Origin: Octopus bimaculoides
Lineage: Eukaryota
Length of the DNA: 64,000 nt
Assembly: GCF_001194135.2 (NCBI RefSeq)
Contig: NC_068990.1
Coordinates: 55,551,651-55,615,650, forward strand
Reading direction: 5' to 3'
The notes beneath the pieces are model-generated. The model made no database searches. It had not been told where the DNA came from and saw only the letters and a list, made by a program, of their open reading frames with translations. Position numbers and translations under genes: made by a program. The first letter of the stretch is position 1. Each line of letters starts with the position of its first letter. This document shows, piece after piece, positions 53,389 through 64,000 of the stretch.

Positions 53389-53722
53389 CAGGGATTTTCA
53401 ATCATTTTTTATCCATGGACCCCTTTGTTTATTATTTTATTCTGGTGGACCCTCAAAGCCATTCTGTATTTATAAACTAGTTTTATTCCTATTTTGTTTA
53501 TCATACTTTAACTTATGTAGGTTGAACTATGCAAAATGTTAGAGAAAGAAACCTGTCTGTTTCTTTCAATAAATACCAACACATGCACCTAAAGAAACAT
53601 TTTTTTCAGAAACCCTTTAAAATACTACCGTTGATCCCCAGTTTACTATTTTGTGGCAATGGACCCTCCCCCATCTTATATGGACCCTCAGGGGCCATAT
53701 AAATCCCGGCTGAGAACCTCTG
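53389..53722. mobile_element. hAT-like MITE
   Basis: Imperfect TIRs CAGGGATTTTCAATC / GGCTGAGAACCTCTG; 8-bp TSD TTCTAAAT vs TTGTAAAT (7/8). Confidence 0.7.
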
Positions 53723-53829
53723 TTGTAAATGAAGGATTTTCCGGTAATATAAAAGCACGTGACATAAATGCACATTAATAGTACTGAAATTGTTACTTGA
53801 TGAATATACTTTTACAGTCATTTTAACTT

Positions 53830-56350
53830 ATGCGACCATTTGATTCTGAATGATATGGAGTTTTACGCAACTTTACATCCGATCTTATCAAGCCATATAT
53901 GCATATTGCAAAATTACAATGTCCCTATTGCCGAACATACGAGCATTGTCGGCCATAATGTTTATAGAATACTATTTTTGGCGCTCACAGTTCTTAATAC
54001 AGTTATTGCTTCTTTATTCTTAATCCTTGTGACTTGTTGCAACTCAAAGTATTCATCAAGTATAAGGAACAGTTCTTAATTCTGAAATGAAACCTGGTCC
54101 GTATGCACACGTTTCTTTACCTTAATTTCTTTAGGCCTTATGTATATTGTGTGAGTCATGGAGTATATCTTATGTATCATGCCACGTCTTCGCAGTAACC
54201 AAGTCATCATACAATTTCTAACACTTCTTTGTCGTTGAGCAACAGTTTCTTTTTTATCATCAATGTTGTCATACAGGTCGATGGAACAATTAATTTTCTA
54301 TCACACAAGATACCATCTTCATCTAGTAACTTATTTTTCAATAACTGAAATAGCCTTTCAACTAAAAAACGATGGCTCTAATTTTTAAAATACTTTTTAA
54401 TAAACCAACCAATTTATTAGCATTGGCAATCTCCAACGTAATATTTTCGCGTCTTATAATATCACTTTCGACAAGATATATAATGGAATCATCATGACCA
54501 TTGTCATACTCATTTAAACCAGTATAATTAATAAATTCTAGTCGTGATAATGCATCAACATGTGCTATCTGTGACTAAGATACTTTATAATGGAATGTTG
54601 TTATTTGTAAGATCCATCTTGAAATACATGCACATATTAATTTCGGTAAAACTCAATTTTTCACCAAAATAAATTTTGCTGGTCAATGATCCAAGACCAC
54701 GCTAAAAGTATTGTGTTTTTTGAGTACACCCTACTATTGACAAGTCTTAACCTTTTAATAATTGAATGTCTTGCTTCAGCTGTTGTTATATTTGCTCTTG
54801 GCAAATATAGTGCAAGATGTCTATCTTGTGAAAATATTTCTAATGTAGCCCTTTCACCAGTTGTTAAGGTAACTTCTTTCGAAGCATCATAAATATTGAC
54901 TACTGACTTTGATAAACTCAAATGCCTTTCTTGTTCGACTTCTCATGAAAACGAGACACTTCGTTCGCGAAATGATGCAAACTGATATGTGGTCTGAATA
55001 ATGATAATAAATCTTAACAAGTCCCCAAAATTATTCTAATTACTTCTTGTTCCTTGTCGTTTTGCATCCATAATTCTCACTACTAAACGAAGATATACTT
55101 TCCTTTGCCCAGCTATATAGTCTCAAGAGACAATTCACCAGCCTGACATTAGAACGCAATTGATCACTATGTTTGATAATTGCGAACTTTTTATGGTTTT
55201 ACCTACTTCGATCTGTAGATTTACAATAGTTTTACAACCATAAATACATCATCTTGATAAATAATAACATTATCAATGTTATTTCCAATAGCATATTCAG
55301 TTGCTTTCCGAAATCTAGCACTGGCTGTTTTAATTTCATATTGAAGACATGTCTGTCTTAAAAGACACATAGGTGTATTGATCCACGTAACTGCTCTTGC
55401 TTCAGAACATATTTGTATTTGATAACATGTCTCCTTTAAACCCAGAATGGCGTAATAATTCATGCCACAAAGAGGACGAAATGTCTATTCAATATTTGGA
55501 GATGGATAAGAATTTGAATAAATTCTTTCATTTATACTTGATTTACAGTCTACTCATATTCCAAAATCTCCATCCATCTTTCGCTCAACTACCAAAGAAG
55601 AGGCCCATTAACTTCATTCAGGAGGAACTTCTTCCGGAGGATCGTCCTTAATTAGTTTCCTCAGCTTCGTTAATATTAATGATTTAATGCGTATTGGTAA
55701 TGATCTTGTCTCAAAATAACATGACCCAATATTTTCTTTGAGTGTAAGCCTGAAAACCAATTGTTCTTCCAAATTGTCCTGGAGTTTCCATCTCATGGAT
55801 TAATATTTAACTCTCGACAATCGCCACACCTATACCAATTAAGTAATGAAATATTTTTTTTATATTCAACAACTATTTTCTTATAACATCTTAAAATTTC
55901 AATATATGACTCATCAAACTATTTTAGCCTTTGGTTACGCATTCTTTTGGTTATTTCAAATCTATCCAGAAGCTCTAAAATATTTTAGTTACATAAATAC
56001 CAGTGTCGACTTGTATTCTAATGTTAGTATTATTTTCAGATTGAACATTGTAATATTTCTATGTTAATTTCACAAATACTTGCAGAATCTACCTTTTTAA
56101 TTTCCTTAACCTTTTCTATAGATTTACATGCTACTTAAAATGATAGTTTTTCTCTGAATTTCTGAAATGAGAAATTCTTATATTTATCCGGACAAATCCA
56201 AACTGGTGTTTTCATCTGGATTTCTCTATTCATAACGTTTCAATTGTTGCATTTTTCAGTCTCTTTCAGATGCCAATCGTATATGGTTATGTGCTCGGAA
56301 TTTCAAACCGAACCCTTATTTAAATTCACGGGGATAGATTGTTCTCATTT
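53830..56350 (-). mobile_element. heavily decayed Ty3/Gypsy pol (RT, RNase H, integrase)
   Basis: RT: GLKETCYQI..INTPMCL..YEIKTASA..VIIYQDD (55221-55463). RNase H: YDASKEVTLTT..TAEARHS; ISRWILQI..AHVDALSRL. No LTRs recognised. Confidence 0.8.
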
Positions 56351-56399
56351 CCCTATCCATACCAAAGATATTCCCTTATTTGCTATTCTCCTATTTGTG

Positions 56400-57230
56400 A
56401 TGTTATCTGAGCCCTCTTAGTTCTTAACTCTTAGATCCTCCAATGCTGTCAGCACAATGGGAAACGAATCTTCTCCAAACATCCCGATTATTCACTTTCC
56501 ACTTAGCGCTACTCTGGCCGACTCCCATCGCTACCATGCCGTCGCTGAATATACTGCTCCACGTCTTCCATGGTCTTCTTCTCGGTCTTTTTCATATTTC
56601 TGGCGTCCACTCCATCACGAGGGCATCATATCTCTCCTGCGGTAATCAAAACAAATGGCTAGCAAACTATATCTGTGACTTAGTCACCACATCCTATAAA
56701 TTTCCCATGCCAGCTCTTCTCATCACTCCTTCGTTTCTCATTCTGCCTCGGTAAGAGATGCTAAGGATTGAACGTAGGCAGCGTCAATTGAACGTAGGCA
56801 GCGTCAATTGAACGTAGGCAGCGTCAATTGAACGTAGGCAGCGTCAATTGAACACGTCAATTGAACACGTCTGGCAGATTTCAGGTTGATATAAAAATAG
56901 ATGAGTATCACTGCAGCTTTATCTTCTTACTGATGGTCTTCGATCTCCATATTGGAAAAAGGCGTTCGAATATTGACTTTGCCTTACCTATACTGGTTTT
57001 GACTTCAACTTCTACATCACCCTCGTTGGAAATACAGCTTCCGAGATATCTAAATTATCGACGTGCACGATTTCGTCTTGTTCAAGATTGATAAATTTTG
57101 CTTGGGTTCCACCAATTTACGTTACTTGTTTTTTTAAAGAGCTAATCCGCAGACTTGGTTTCGCGCCCGAACTGTATAGGCCATCTGTCATCACCTGCAG
57201 CTTATCTCTGTCAGAGCTTAGTAACGCCAA
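56400..57230 (-). mobile_element. RTE LINE 3' fragment
   Basis: FRYLGSCISNEGDVEVEVKTSIGKAKSIFERLFPIWRSKTISKKIKL; RCLRSILSISY..RNEGVMRRAG..GRRPWKTW..NRDVWR. Confidence 0.8.
56767..56871. repeat. minisatellite 4 x ATTGAACGTAGGCAGCGTCA plus 2 x 13-mer
   Basis: Direct reading; four identical 20-mers with no spacers. Confidence 0.95.
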
Positions 57231-57340
57231 GTCAGTGTGCACGGTCCCCAAGTAATTCCAAAACTGGCGCTAGCTATTGCCTTCCGTATAATGAAATCAA
57301 TTACTATTAGAAATAGGAACGGCGACAAGATGCAACTATA

Positions 57341-57381
<41 letters not shown>

Positions 57382-57538
57382 TGTGTGTGTGTGTGAGTGT
57401 GTGTGTGTGTGTGTGTGAGTGTGTGTGTGTGTGAGTGTGTGAGTGTGTGTGTCTGTGTGTGTATGTGTGTGTGCACGCGCGCGCGCGTATTTGTATCAGT
57501 TGAATAAAGTTAAAACATGGTCTGGTCTTTTATTATAG

Positions 57539-57702
57539 TACATTATTTACATTATTTACATTTGACGGATATTTGTCCTCATCCTGTTTTGTTGTTAACG
57601 CAACGTTTCGGCTGATATATCCTCCAGTCTTCATCAGGTGTTTTGAAGAAATTTCGAACCTGGGTTCTCATTCCTAAGGTATTTTTTCGATGTTATTATT
57701 AC

Positions 57703-57735
<33 letters not shown>

Positions 57736-57813
57736 TATTATTTAGGTCACTGCCTGGAATCGAACTCGGAATTTTGGGATTAGTAGCTCGCGCTCTTAAC
57801 CACTACACCATAT
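57539..57813 (-). mobile_element. tRNA-headed SINE with internal (AAT)n and a 3' hammerhead ribozyme
   Basis: A box TGGTGTAGTGG (57800-57810), B box GTTCGATTCC (57756-57765), AAT/ATT tract about 57682-57742, then a body shared with 7737-7890. Confidence 0.8.
57597..57642 (-). ncRNA. minimal type I hammerhead ribozyme motif
   Basis: AACAC-CUGAUGA-A-GACUG-(10 nt)-CAGCC-GAAA-CGU-U-GCGUU: catalytic core intact, palindromic ACGU helix III, one mismatch each in stems I and II. Confidence 0.7.
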
Positions 57814-58288
57814 TTTATTATGGTATTAAAACAATATTTTGTTATGCTCATAAAATTAAATTAGCGCTTTCATACATTGTATAATCATCAGATTTCAAAT
57901 GTGTTTACCTGACAGTTGAGTTCTTGACAACTTTAGTACCTCTTGGAACGCTCCAACAAGCTGAATTTTTAGAATACCTTTTTGACCAATCCGCATGCAT
58001 CTTAAACATCACTGTTTGTCAGGCGTACTGATATATATNNNNNNNNNNNNNNNNNNNNNNNNNNNNNNNNNNNNNNNNNNNNNNNNNNNNNNNNNNNNNN
58101 NNNNNNNNNNNNNNNNNNNNNNNNNNNNNNNNNNNNNNNNNNNNNNNNNNNNNNNNNNNNNNNNNNNNNNNNNNNNNNNNNNNNNNNNNNNNNNNNNNNN
58201 NNNNNNNNNNNNNNNNNNNNNNNNNNNNNNNNNNNNNNNNNNNNNNNNNNNNNNNNNNNNNNNNNNNNNNNNNNNNNNNNNNNNNNNN

Positions 58289-58321
<33 letters not shown>

Positions 58322-59321
58322 TGTTTGGCAGACTCAGTTATTAAACTCACGTCCACCAGCTAAACTCTTAACGCTTAATCAACGCTTATATTCACAACTC
58401 TAAATGCAGGACATTTTGATGGTGCTTGCTTTATATTCACAGAAGCGACATTATAATCAAATTTATACTTGTCTCTATCACCTTGTGATATCACAGTGAT
58501 ATCATCAAGATCACTCTTGCCTTTTTTCGTCTTTTACTTTCAGTCATCTGAACGAAATCATTTTTGGCTATAGGAATGAATTCAATGCATTCATTAAGAT
58601 TCTGATCGCATGATGAAAAATATTCTGTTTTCACACGATGCCCAGGCGATTGCATGCAATCCCTGACTTTCATTTCAATCAAATAGTTTTCAGTGATTTG
58701 TCCTTTAGTCCCAAATTTTGTATATTCGTGAAAACGAAGTGAACCGATTCACGTATTGTTTAAGAATAACTTTGAATATATTCAGTTAGATTTTGATATT
58801 GTAATAACATTCTGGCCCCTTCAGAAAATAATCAAATTCTTTGGAAGACGATCCCATGACATTGTCACATATCTCACATTGTTAAAACTCATTTCATGTT
58901 CCGGGGGTTTTCACCGTTACCGAAATGTTTTGCATAACCATCACATATGCTTCAGATTAAAACAAATCTGAAATTTTACTTCTAGTTATTAGTGTTCGCA
59001 AGATCTAGTATTCTTGCTGTAGAGTTAATACATCGCCAGCAAGCTTCTCTCATATTTGCCTCAATAACAGAAAATCCATTCTTAATCGTCCACGGCATTT
59101 CCCCGTCATACGATGTTTATCAAAATCAAGTCGTTGTCGCACACGATCTTTTACATTTACTTATTTTATGCGAATGACCAGCCAAGCTGTTATACAGAAG
59201 TGACAGCCAATAGATCTAATAACATGCAAGTACGCAAAATGCATGCAATAATATTGGCTTAATAACAACACACCGCACTGTATCCTGACCTCTGTTCCAT
59301 ATTCAAGTGATATGCTACTAC

Positions 59322-60845
59322 TGTAGGGAAGGATTCGTGGCAGACTAACTGTAGACAGAAACTTCGCTGCGGGCAAGCTAGGAAGTTGGTCAGTAGTAAA
59401 ACAAAAGGGACTTCCGGTTCGAGAAGGAAAATAAAACAATGTCAATAGTGAGTGTGAAACGAATCTGAGTGAACTAAACAGAAATAACTGGCGACTTAAG
59501 CCCTGATGTACGTAAAGTAATAAACCTTTGATAGATGTATTCTCGTCTCCACTTGTTTGTTTGCGTATAGCTTAACGAAGCTATAACTGGTGACCCCGAC
59601 GATAGGACAACAGCTCCCGCTTCCGATACAAACATGGCTAGCAACAAAACAACGCTGAGGCTACCACAGTTCTGGCCTAAGAGGGCTGAACTGTGGTTCG
59701 CGCAGGCGGAAGCTTAATTCGATATAAACAAGGTAACGGCCGACCAAACGAAGTACTTCCACGTTATGGCGGCACTAGACGAAGACACGGCAACGAGGGT
59801 GCTGGACATTTTAACCCATCCCCCACCAACAAAAAAATTAGGCCATATTGAAAGATAGGCTAGTCGATACATTCCGATTCGGTGAAAGAGAAGCGGCAGC
59901 CAAGATACTGGAGGAGGAATCAGGCGATTCCAAGCCTTCAGAACTGATGTACAGGATGTTGGCANNNNNNNNNNNNNNNNNNNNNNNNNNNNNNNNNNNN
60001 NNNNNNNNNNNNNNNNNNNNNNNNNNNNNNNNNNNNNNNNNNNNNNNNNNNNNNNNNNNNNNNNNNNNNNNNNNNNNNNNNNNNNNNNNNNNNNNNNNNN
60101 NNNNNNNNNNNNNNNNNNNNNNNNNNNNNNNNNNNNNNNNNNNNNNNNNNNNNNNNNNNNNNNNNNNNNNNNNNNNNNNNNNNNNNNNNNNNNNNNNNNN
60201 NNNNNNNNNNNNNNNNNNNNNNNNNNNNNNNNNNNNNNNNNNNNNNNNNNNNNNNNNNNNNNNNNNNNNNNNNNNNNNNNNNNNNNNNNNNNNNNNNNNN
60301 NNNNNNNNNNNNNNNNNNNNNNNNNNNNNNNNNNNNNNNNNNNNNNNNNNNNNNNNNNNNNNNNNNNNNNNNCCGGACGCAGGTTTTTCGTCAACACAGG
60401 AGCAGAAGTCAGCGTGATCCCGGTATCGGTAAGGGACCTCCGTCACGGAAAGCGGAGCTAACCTTTAACAGTCGCCAACGGGTCCACAATCGAGGCATAC
60501 GGTCATTGCACCCTTCTCTCAACATCGGTTCACAAAAACACGGATGGGCTGGACAATAAAAACGCCTTCCCGTTTCCAATGACAGTCAACAGTTCTGAGG
60601 TGGGGAGCTATGTAGGGCAGGATTCGTGACAGACGAACTGTAGACAGAAACTTCGCTGCGGGCTAGCTAGGAAGTTGGTTAGCACTAAAACAAAAGAGAC
60701 TTCCGGTAGAAGAAGGAAAACAAAAGACTGTCAACAGTATGTGTGAAACGAATTTGAGTGAACTAAACAGAAATAACTGACGACTTAAGCCCTGATGTTC
60801 GTAAAGTAATAAACCTTTGATAAATGTATTCTCGTCTCCACTATA
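59322..60845 (+). mobile_element. internally deleted Ty3/Gypsy element (LTR-PBS-gag-pro-PPT-LTR)
   Basis: 5' LTR 59322-59585 and 3' LTR 60611-60845 (both start TGTAGGG); PBS TGGTGACCCCGACG at 59588; gag from 59634 (LRLPQFWPKRAELWFAQAEA*F..KYFHV..KPSELM); protease FVNTGAEVSVIP; PPT GAGGTGGGGAG; CTAC at 59318-59321 and 60846-60849. Confidence 0.92.
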
Positions 60846-61772
60846 CTACAATCTTTCAGGGAAATGTTTTTACGGTATTTCTTCTAGCTTATATAGAAAT
60901 ATGCTCATGTTTCTGCGGATGGCTAATGATTTTATTGACTAGTTTCTAAATATTATTTTATAAAAGTCGTGTGTTTCAGTTAGAGTGCTGTCGTGTTGTT
61001 TCTTTTCAGTGGTTGATTCGTCGGTTATTTTGTCAACATAGGTTGAAGGTATTGGTTTATCCGCTTTCAATAGAGTCTCCTTCATTTTCATTGGATAATT
61101 TATTGAGAGGGATATCTTTTTCGCTTGTTGTTTTGTTGTCACTTTTTATTGACCGATTTATTGGATTTTTTTAATGGCTCAGTTTTGTTATATCCGGTTT
61201 CGCGCAATGGTTATGCTGTTTCTGTCTGTATTAACTCTGTGGGTGTTCTGCTTGATGTTTGTAAATTTTGCAATTCTGTTTACAGCTTCTTTGTGGTTGG
61301 TACCCCTAAATTACTAGTTTCTTCAATTTTGCTTGTTCGGTCAAAACTGTTGTTTCGTAGAATTCGGTATTGTCGTATCTTCACCGCCACCTCCGCTGAT
61401 ATACCATCAGATATTCCGCCTGTTTGCAATTCAGATCAGTTTTAAAAAATGAATTTTTCTGGGGTCCATAGTATTATATTGTATCATTTCTTTGATTGAG
61501 TAAGCCCATGTGTTGTGTAATTATGTTGTATTTTCCGTCGTGCATTCGAGAGCCGAGTCAGTTCCAGAAGCGTTGACATTCATATAAGCACTCTGTATTA
61601 TTGCTTATTTATATTTATATTGTTCTCTTGAAGGTCCTAAATATGATTAACCAAAAACATGGCGTTCCTTTTGTATATATTAGTTTCAAATTTTGGTGCA
61701 AGTCCAGAAATTTCGCTCAGTGCTCAACTGGTATTTATTTTATCGACCCTGAAAGGATGGAAGGCAAAGTCG

Positions 61773-62540
61773 GGATCTATTTCAAAACGGGGGCACCCGT
61801 TTTCATTTATGTTTTATGTAGTGTTTTTGTACCGAAAGACTTTCAAACTTCGTATACTTATCTATTTTGTGTTATAGAACAGAAAAAATTTTTTGTATTC
61901 GAATTTATTTCATGTAAAAAATTGTCTTATTTCGATAATTTCTACTAATCAGACGTCTATTCAGTTGAAAACAGTTAGCGCTGTAACGGTGTATATCGTA
62001 TTAATCCCCTAACCCTAACCCTAACCCTATCTAGACTGTTAACCCTAACCNNNNNNNNNNNNNNNNNNNNNNNNNNNNNNNNNNNNNNNNNNNNNNNNNN
62101 NNNNNNNNNNNNNNNNNNNNNNNNNNNNNNNNNNNNNNNNNNNNNNNCCTAACCCTAACCCTAACCCTAAAACTAACCCTAACTCTAGAATCCGAACTCT
62201 AAAATTGTTACACAGATAGATACGCACAGCGTAATTTATTATATAAACAATATATGCGTATAAATTACGATTAAACCGGATGAAATATGTCACAGGGAAT
62301 AACATTTTTATGACCGCCCAGCAGTAACTCTATTCAGCTGAATAGACGTCAGTGATTGGTTGAAATTACAGAAATACGACAACTTTAACATGGAATAACT
62401 TGCGATGTACGTTTTTTTGTTAAGAAGACTAAGAGTAAAAGATGTTTTATATGACACATTCTACCAGTGTCCCAAGTCTCAAAGTGTTTCGTTAGTGTTT
62501 CGTTAAGAAAATACTGGTGCCCCCGTTTTGAAATAGATCC
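61773..62540. mobile_element. Merlin-like (GG-terminal, 8-bp TSD) MITE carrying (CCCTAA)n
   Basis: Perfect 25-bp TIRs GGATCTATTTCAAAACGGGGGCACC (61773-61797, 62516-62540); perfect TSD CAAAGTCG (61765-61772, 62541-62548). Confidence 0.85.
62007..62193. repeat. interstitial telomere-type (CCCTAA)n repeat, partly in gap
   Basis: CCCTAA units on both sides of the N-run at 62051-62147. Confidence 0.9.
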
Positions 62541-62942
62541 CAAAGTCGACCTCGGCGGAAGTTGAAATCAGAACATAAAAAAAAAATATACGGCTAAGCA
62601 TTTTCTCCAGTTAGCTAACGATTCTGCCAGGTCGTTGCCTTCATTTCCTTCTGTATAAATTGCAGAACGAGTATATGTATTATAAGTGTGTGTCGGTCTG
62701 ATTTGAACCGTCTACTTCTTGTTCCGACATAGTCATCAATCGTTATTTTCCTCATCGCACTGCTGGTGTCTTGTAGATGACATTTTTTTAAATACAGTTT
62801 ACAATTTACAAGAACGACTTTGATCCATTGCTTTTTCATCTATTTTCGGTCGTGATGGGGTTGGGTCGCCAGAATTTTGGATACATACAGCTCGGATAGC
62901 ATGTGATTGGAGTGTACACACATACATACATACATACATACA

Positions 62943-62975
<33 letters not shown>

Positions 62976-62984
62976 TAATACATA

Positions 62985-63180
62985 CGAGGAAGTGCTGAAA
63001 ATTCCTGACTTTGAAGGTGTCACGAACTTTCCGAGTTCTTTTACAGGGCTTAGAAAAACTGAAGGGCTGCTGCAATAAGCGTGTGAACCTGAGAGGAGAA
63101 TATGTTGAATAAAACCATAATTAACTGATTTTCCTGTATTTTCTTTTACCCAAACCTAGGAACCTCTCAGCACCCTCTCG
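62985..63180 (+). mobile_element. mariner-derived MITE (internal deletion derivative)
   Basis: TA flanks; imperfect TIRs CGAGGAAGTGCTGAAAATTCCT / AGGAACCTCTCAGCACCCTCTCG; internal FLQGLEKLKGCCNKRVNLRGEYVE* is a mariner C-terminus. Confidence 0.8.
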
Positions 63181-63285
63181 TATATATATATATATATATA
63201 TATAGGGTGGGCTAAAAGTCACGAACCAAAACATTTGACGTTTTATTTATATTATCATGGCGAGCTGGCTGGATCGTTAGCACTC

Positions 63286-63490
63286 GGGTAAAATATACGA
63301 AGCCCAGTATACTCATCATGACTACTCTTCTGATAAGGATATACCAAGTACATGCACCACAACCATATGTACGCAACATGATTTCATATCAAGATAAACA
63401 GTGCAAAACCTTGCAGGTGGGGGTTCAGTTAGAATTTTCTTCATGCCGAGTAGCACATCCCACTCATAAGGTCCGTGAATAAGGGTTGTT
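63286..63490 (-). mobile_element. internal fragment of the (AAT)n-associated element fused to a SINE head
   Basis: Matches about 63577-63780; preceded by family M head 63259-63294. Confidence 0.75.
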
Positions 63491-63500
63491 GTTGTTGTTG

Positions 63501-63541
<41 letters not shown>

Positions 63542-64000
63542 GAGTGAGAGAGTAGTGCACGCCATCAATGTGACATGGGGTAAAATATACGAAACCCAGT
63601 ATACCCATCATGACTACCCGTTTGATAAGGGTACACCAGGCACATGCATCACAACCATATGTGTGTGACATGGTGATCTCATACCAAGATAAACAGCGCA
63701 TGACCTCGCAGGTGGGGCCCAGCTAGAATTTTCTTCAGGTCGAGTAGCCCATCCCGCTCAAAAGGATCCTGAATGAGGTTTGTTTAAGGATGTTGAGCAA
63801 AACACCCATGTTTCCAAAGGTGAATTATTCAAACCCCAAAGAATTCCTCTCAACACATGGTTATGATGCTTCCCCACGACTTCTGCTCATGATCAGAGAT
63901 GCACATATCGTCAGCCACCAAGGGACATGCTCAACTGGTTAAGGTCAAACAACTGACAAGTAAATCTGTGGTATTAAGCAGAATATTTGCTGTAGCTCAT
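63542..64000 (-). mobile_element. (AAT)n-associated element, running off the window end
   Basis: Reverse complement of 18394-18951; starts directly after (ATT)n. Confidence 0.9.

Larger units (their letters stand above)
61680..62640 (-). mobile_element. family M SINE split by the MITE (halves 61680-61772 and 62541-62640)
   Basis: Removing the MITE and one CAAAGTCG restores GGAAGGCAAAGTCGACCTCGGCGGAA, the family consensus. Confidence 0.9.

Noticed and set aside
56767-56871. CRISPR array
   Set aside because: Identical adjacent units with no spacers, derived from LINE coding sequence; eukaryotic context and no cas genes.
62007-62193. True chromosome end
   Set aside because: The tract is short, internal and enclosed by the TIRs and TSD of a MITE.

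Overview
Repeat-saturated, AT-rich eukaryotic (animal) non-coding DNA with 13 N-gaps and very dense microsatellites (CA, GA, TA, GTAT, CTAT, AAT/ATT, CAT). The SINE families and the repeat landscape look like an octopus/cephalopod genome; this is inference from recognised repeat consensus, not a database result. I found no intact host gene, rRNA, true tRNA or CRISPR array, and almost every ORF in the supplied track is a microsatellite or N-run artefact. What can be supported is a catalogue of mobile elements. (i) Several tRNA-derived SINE families, some with CORE-like, V-like or Meta-like central domains. (ii) Four R4/Dong-type restriction-like-endonuclease LINE copies, one near full length at about 22.2-25.7 kb; three of them abut (AAT)n/(ATG)n arrays. 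(iii) A ~560-bp non-coding element repeatedly bounded by (AAT)n. (iv) RTE LINE fragments. (v) Two Ty3/Gypsy remnants, one with paired LTRs, PBS, PPT and TSD. (vi) Tc1/mariner, pogo-like, hAT-like and Merlin-like DNA elements. The most striking observations are a tRNA-headed SINE carrying a minimal type I hammerhead ribozyme (57539-57813, second copy at 7737-7951), an unrelated hammerhead-like motif at 46973-47008, and a perfect-TIR, 8-bp-TSD MITE carrying telomeric (CCCTAA)n that splits a SINE (61773-62540).
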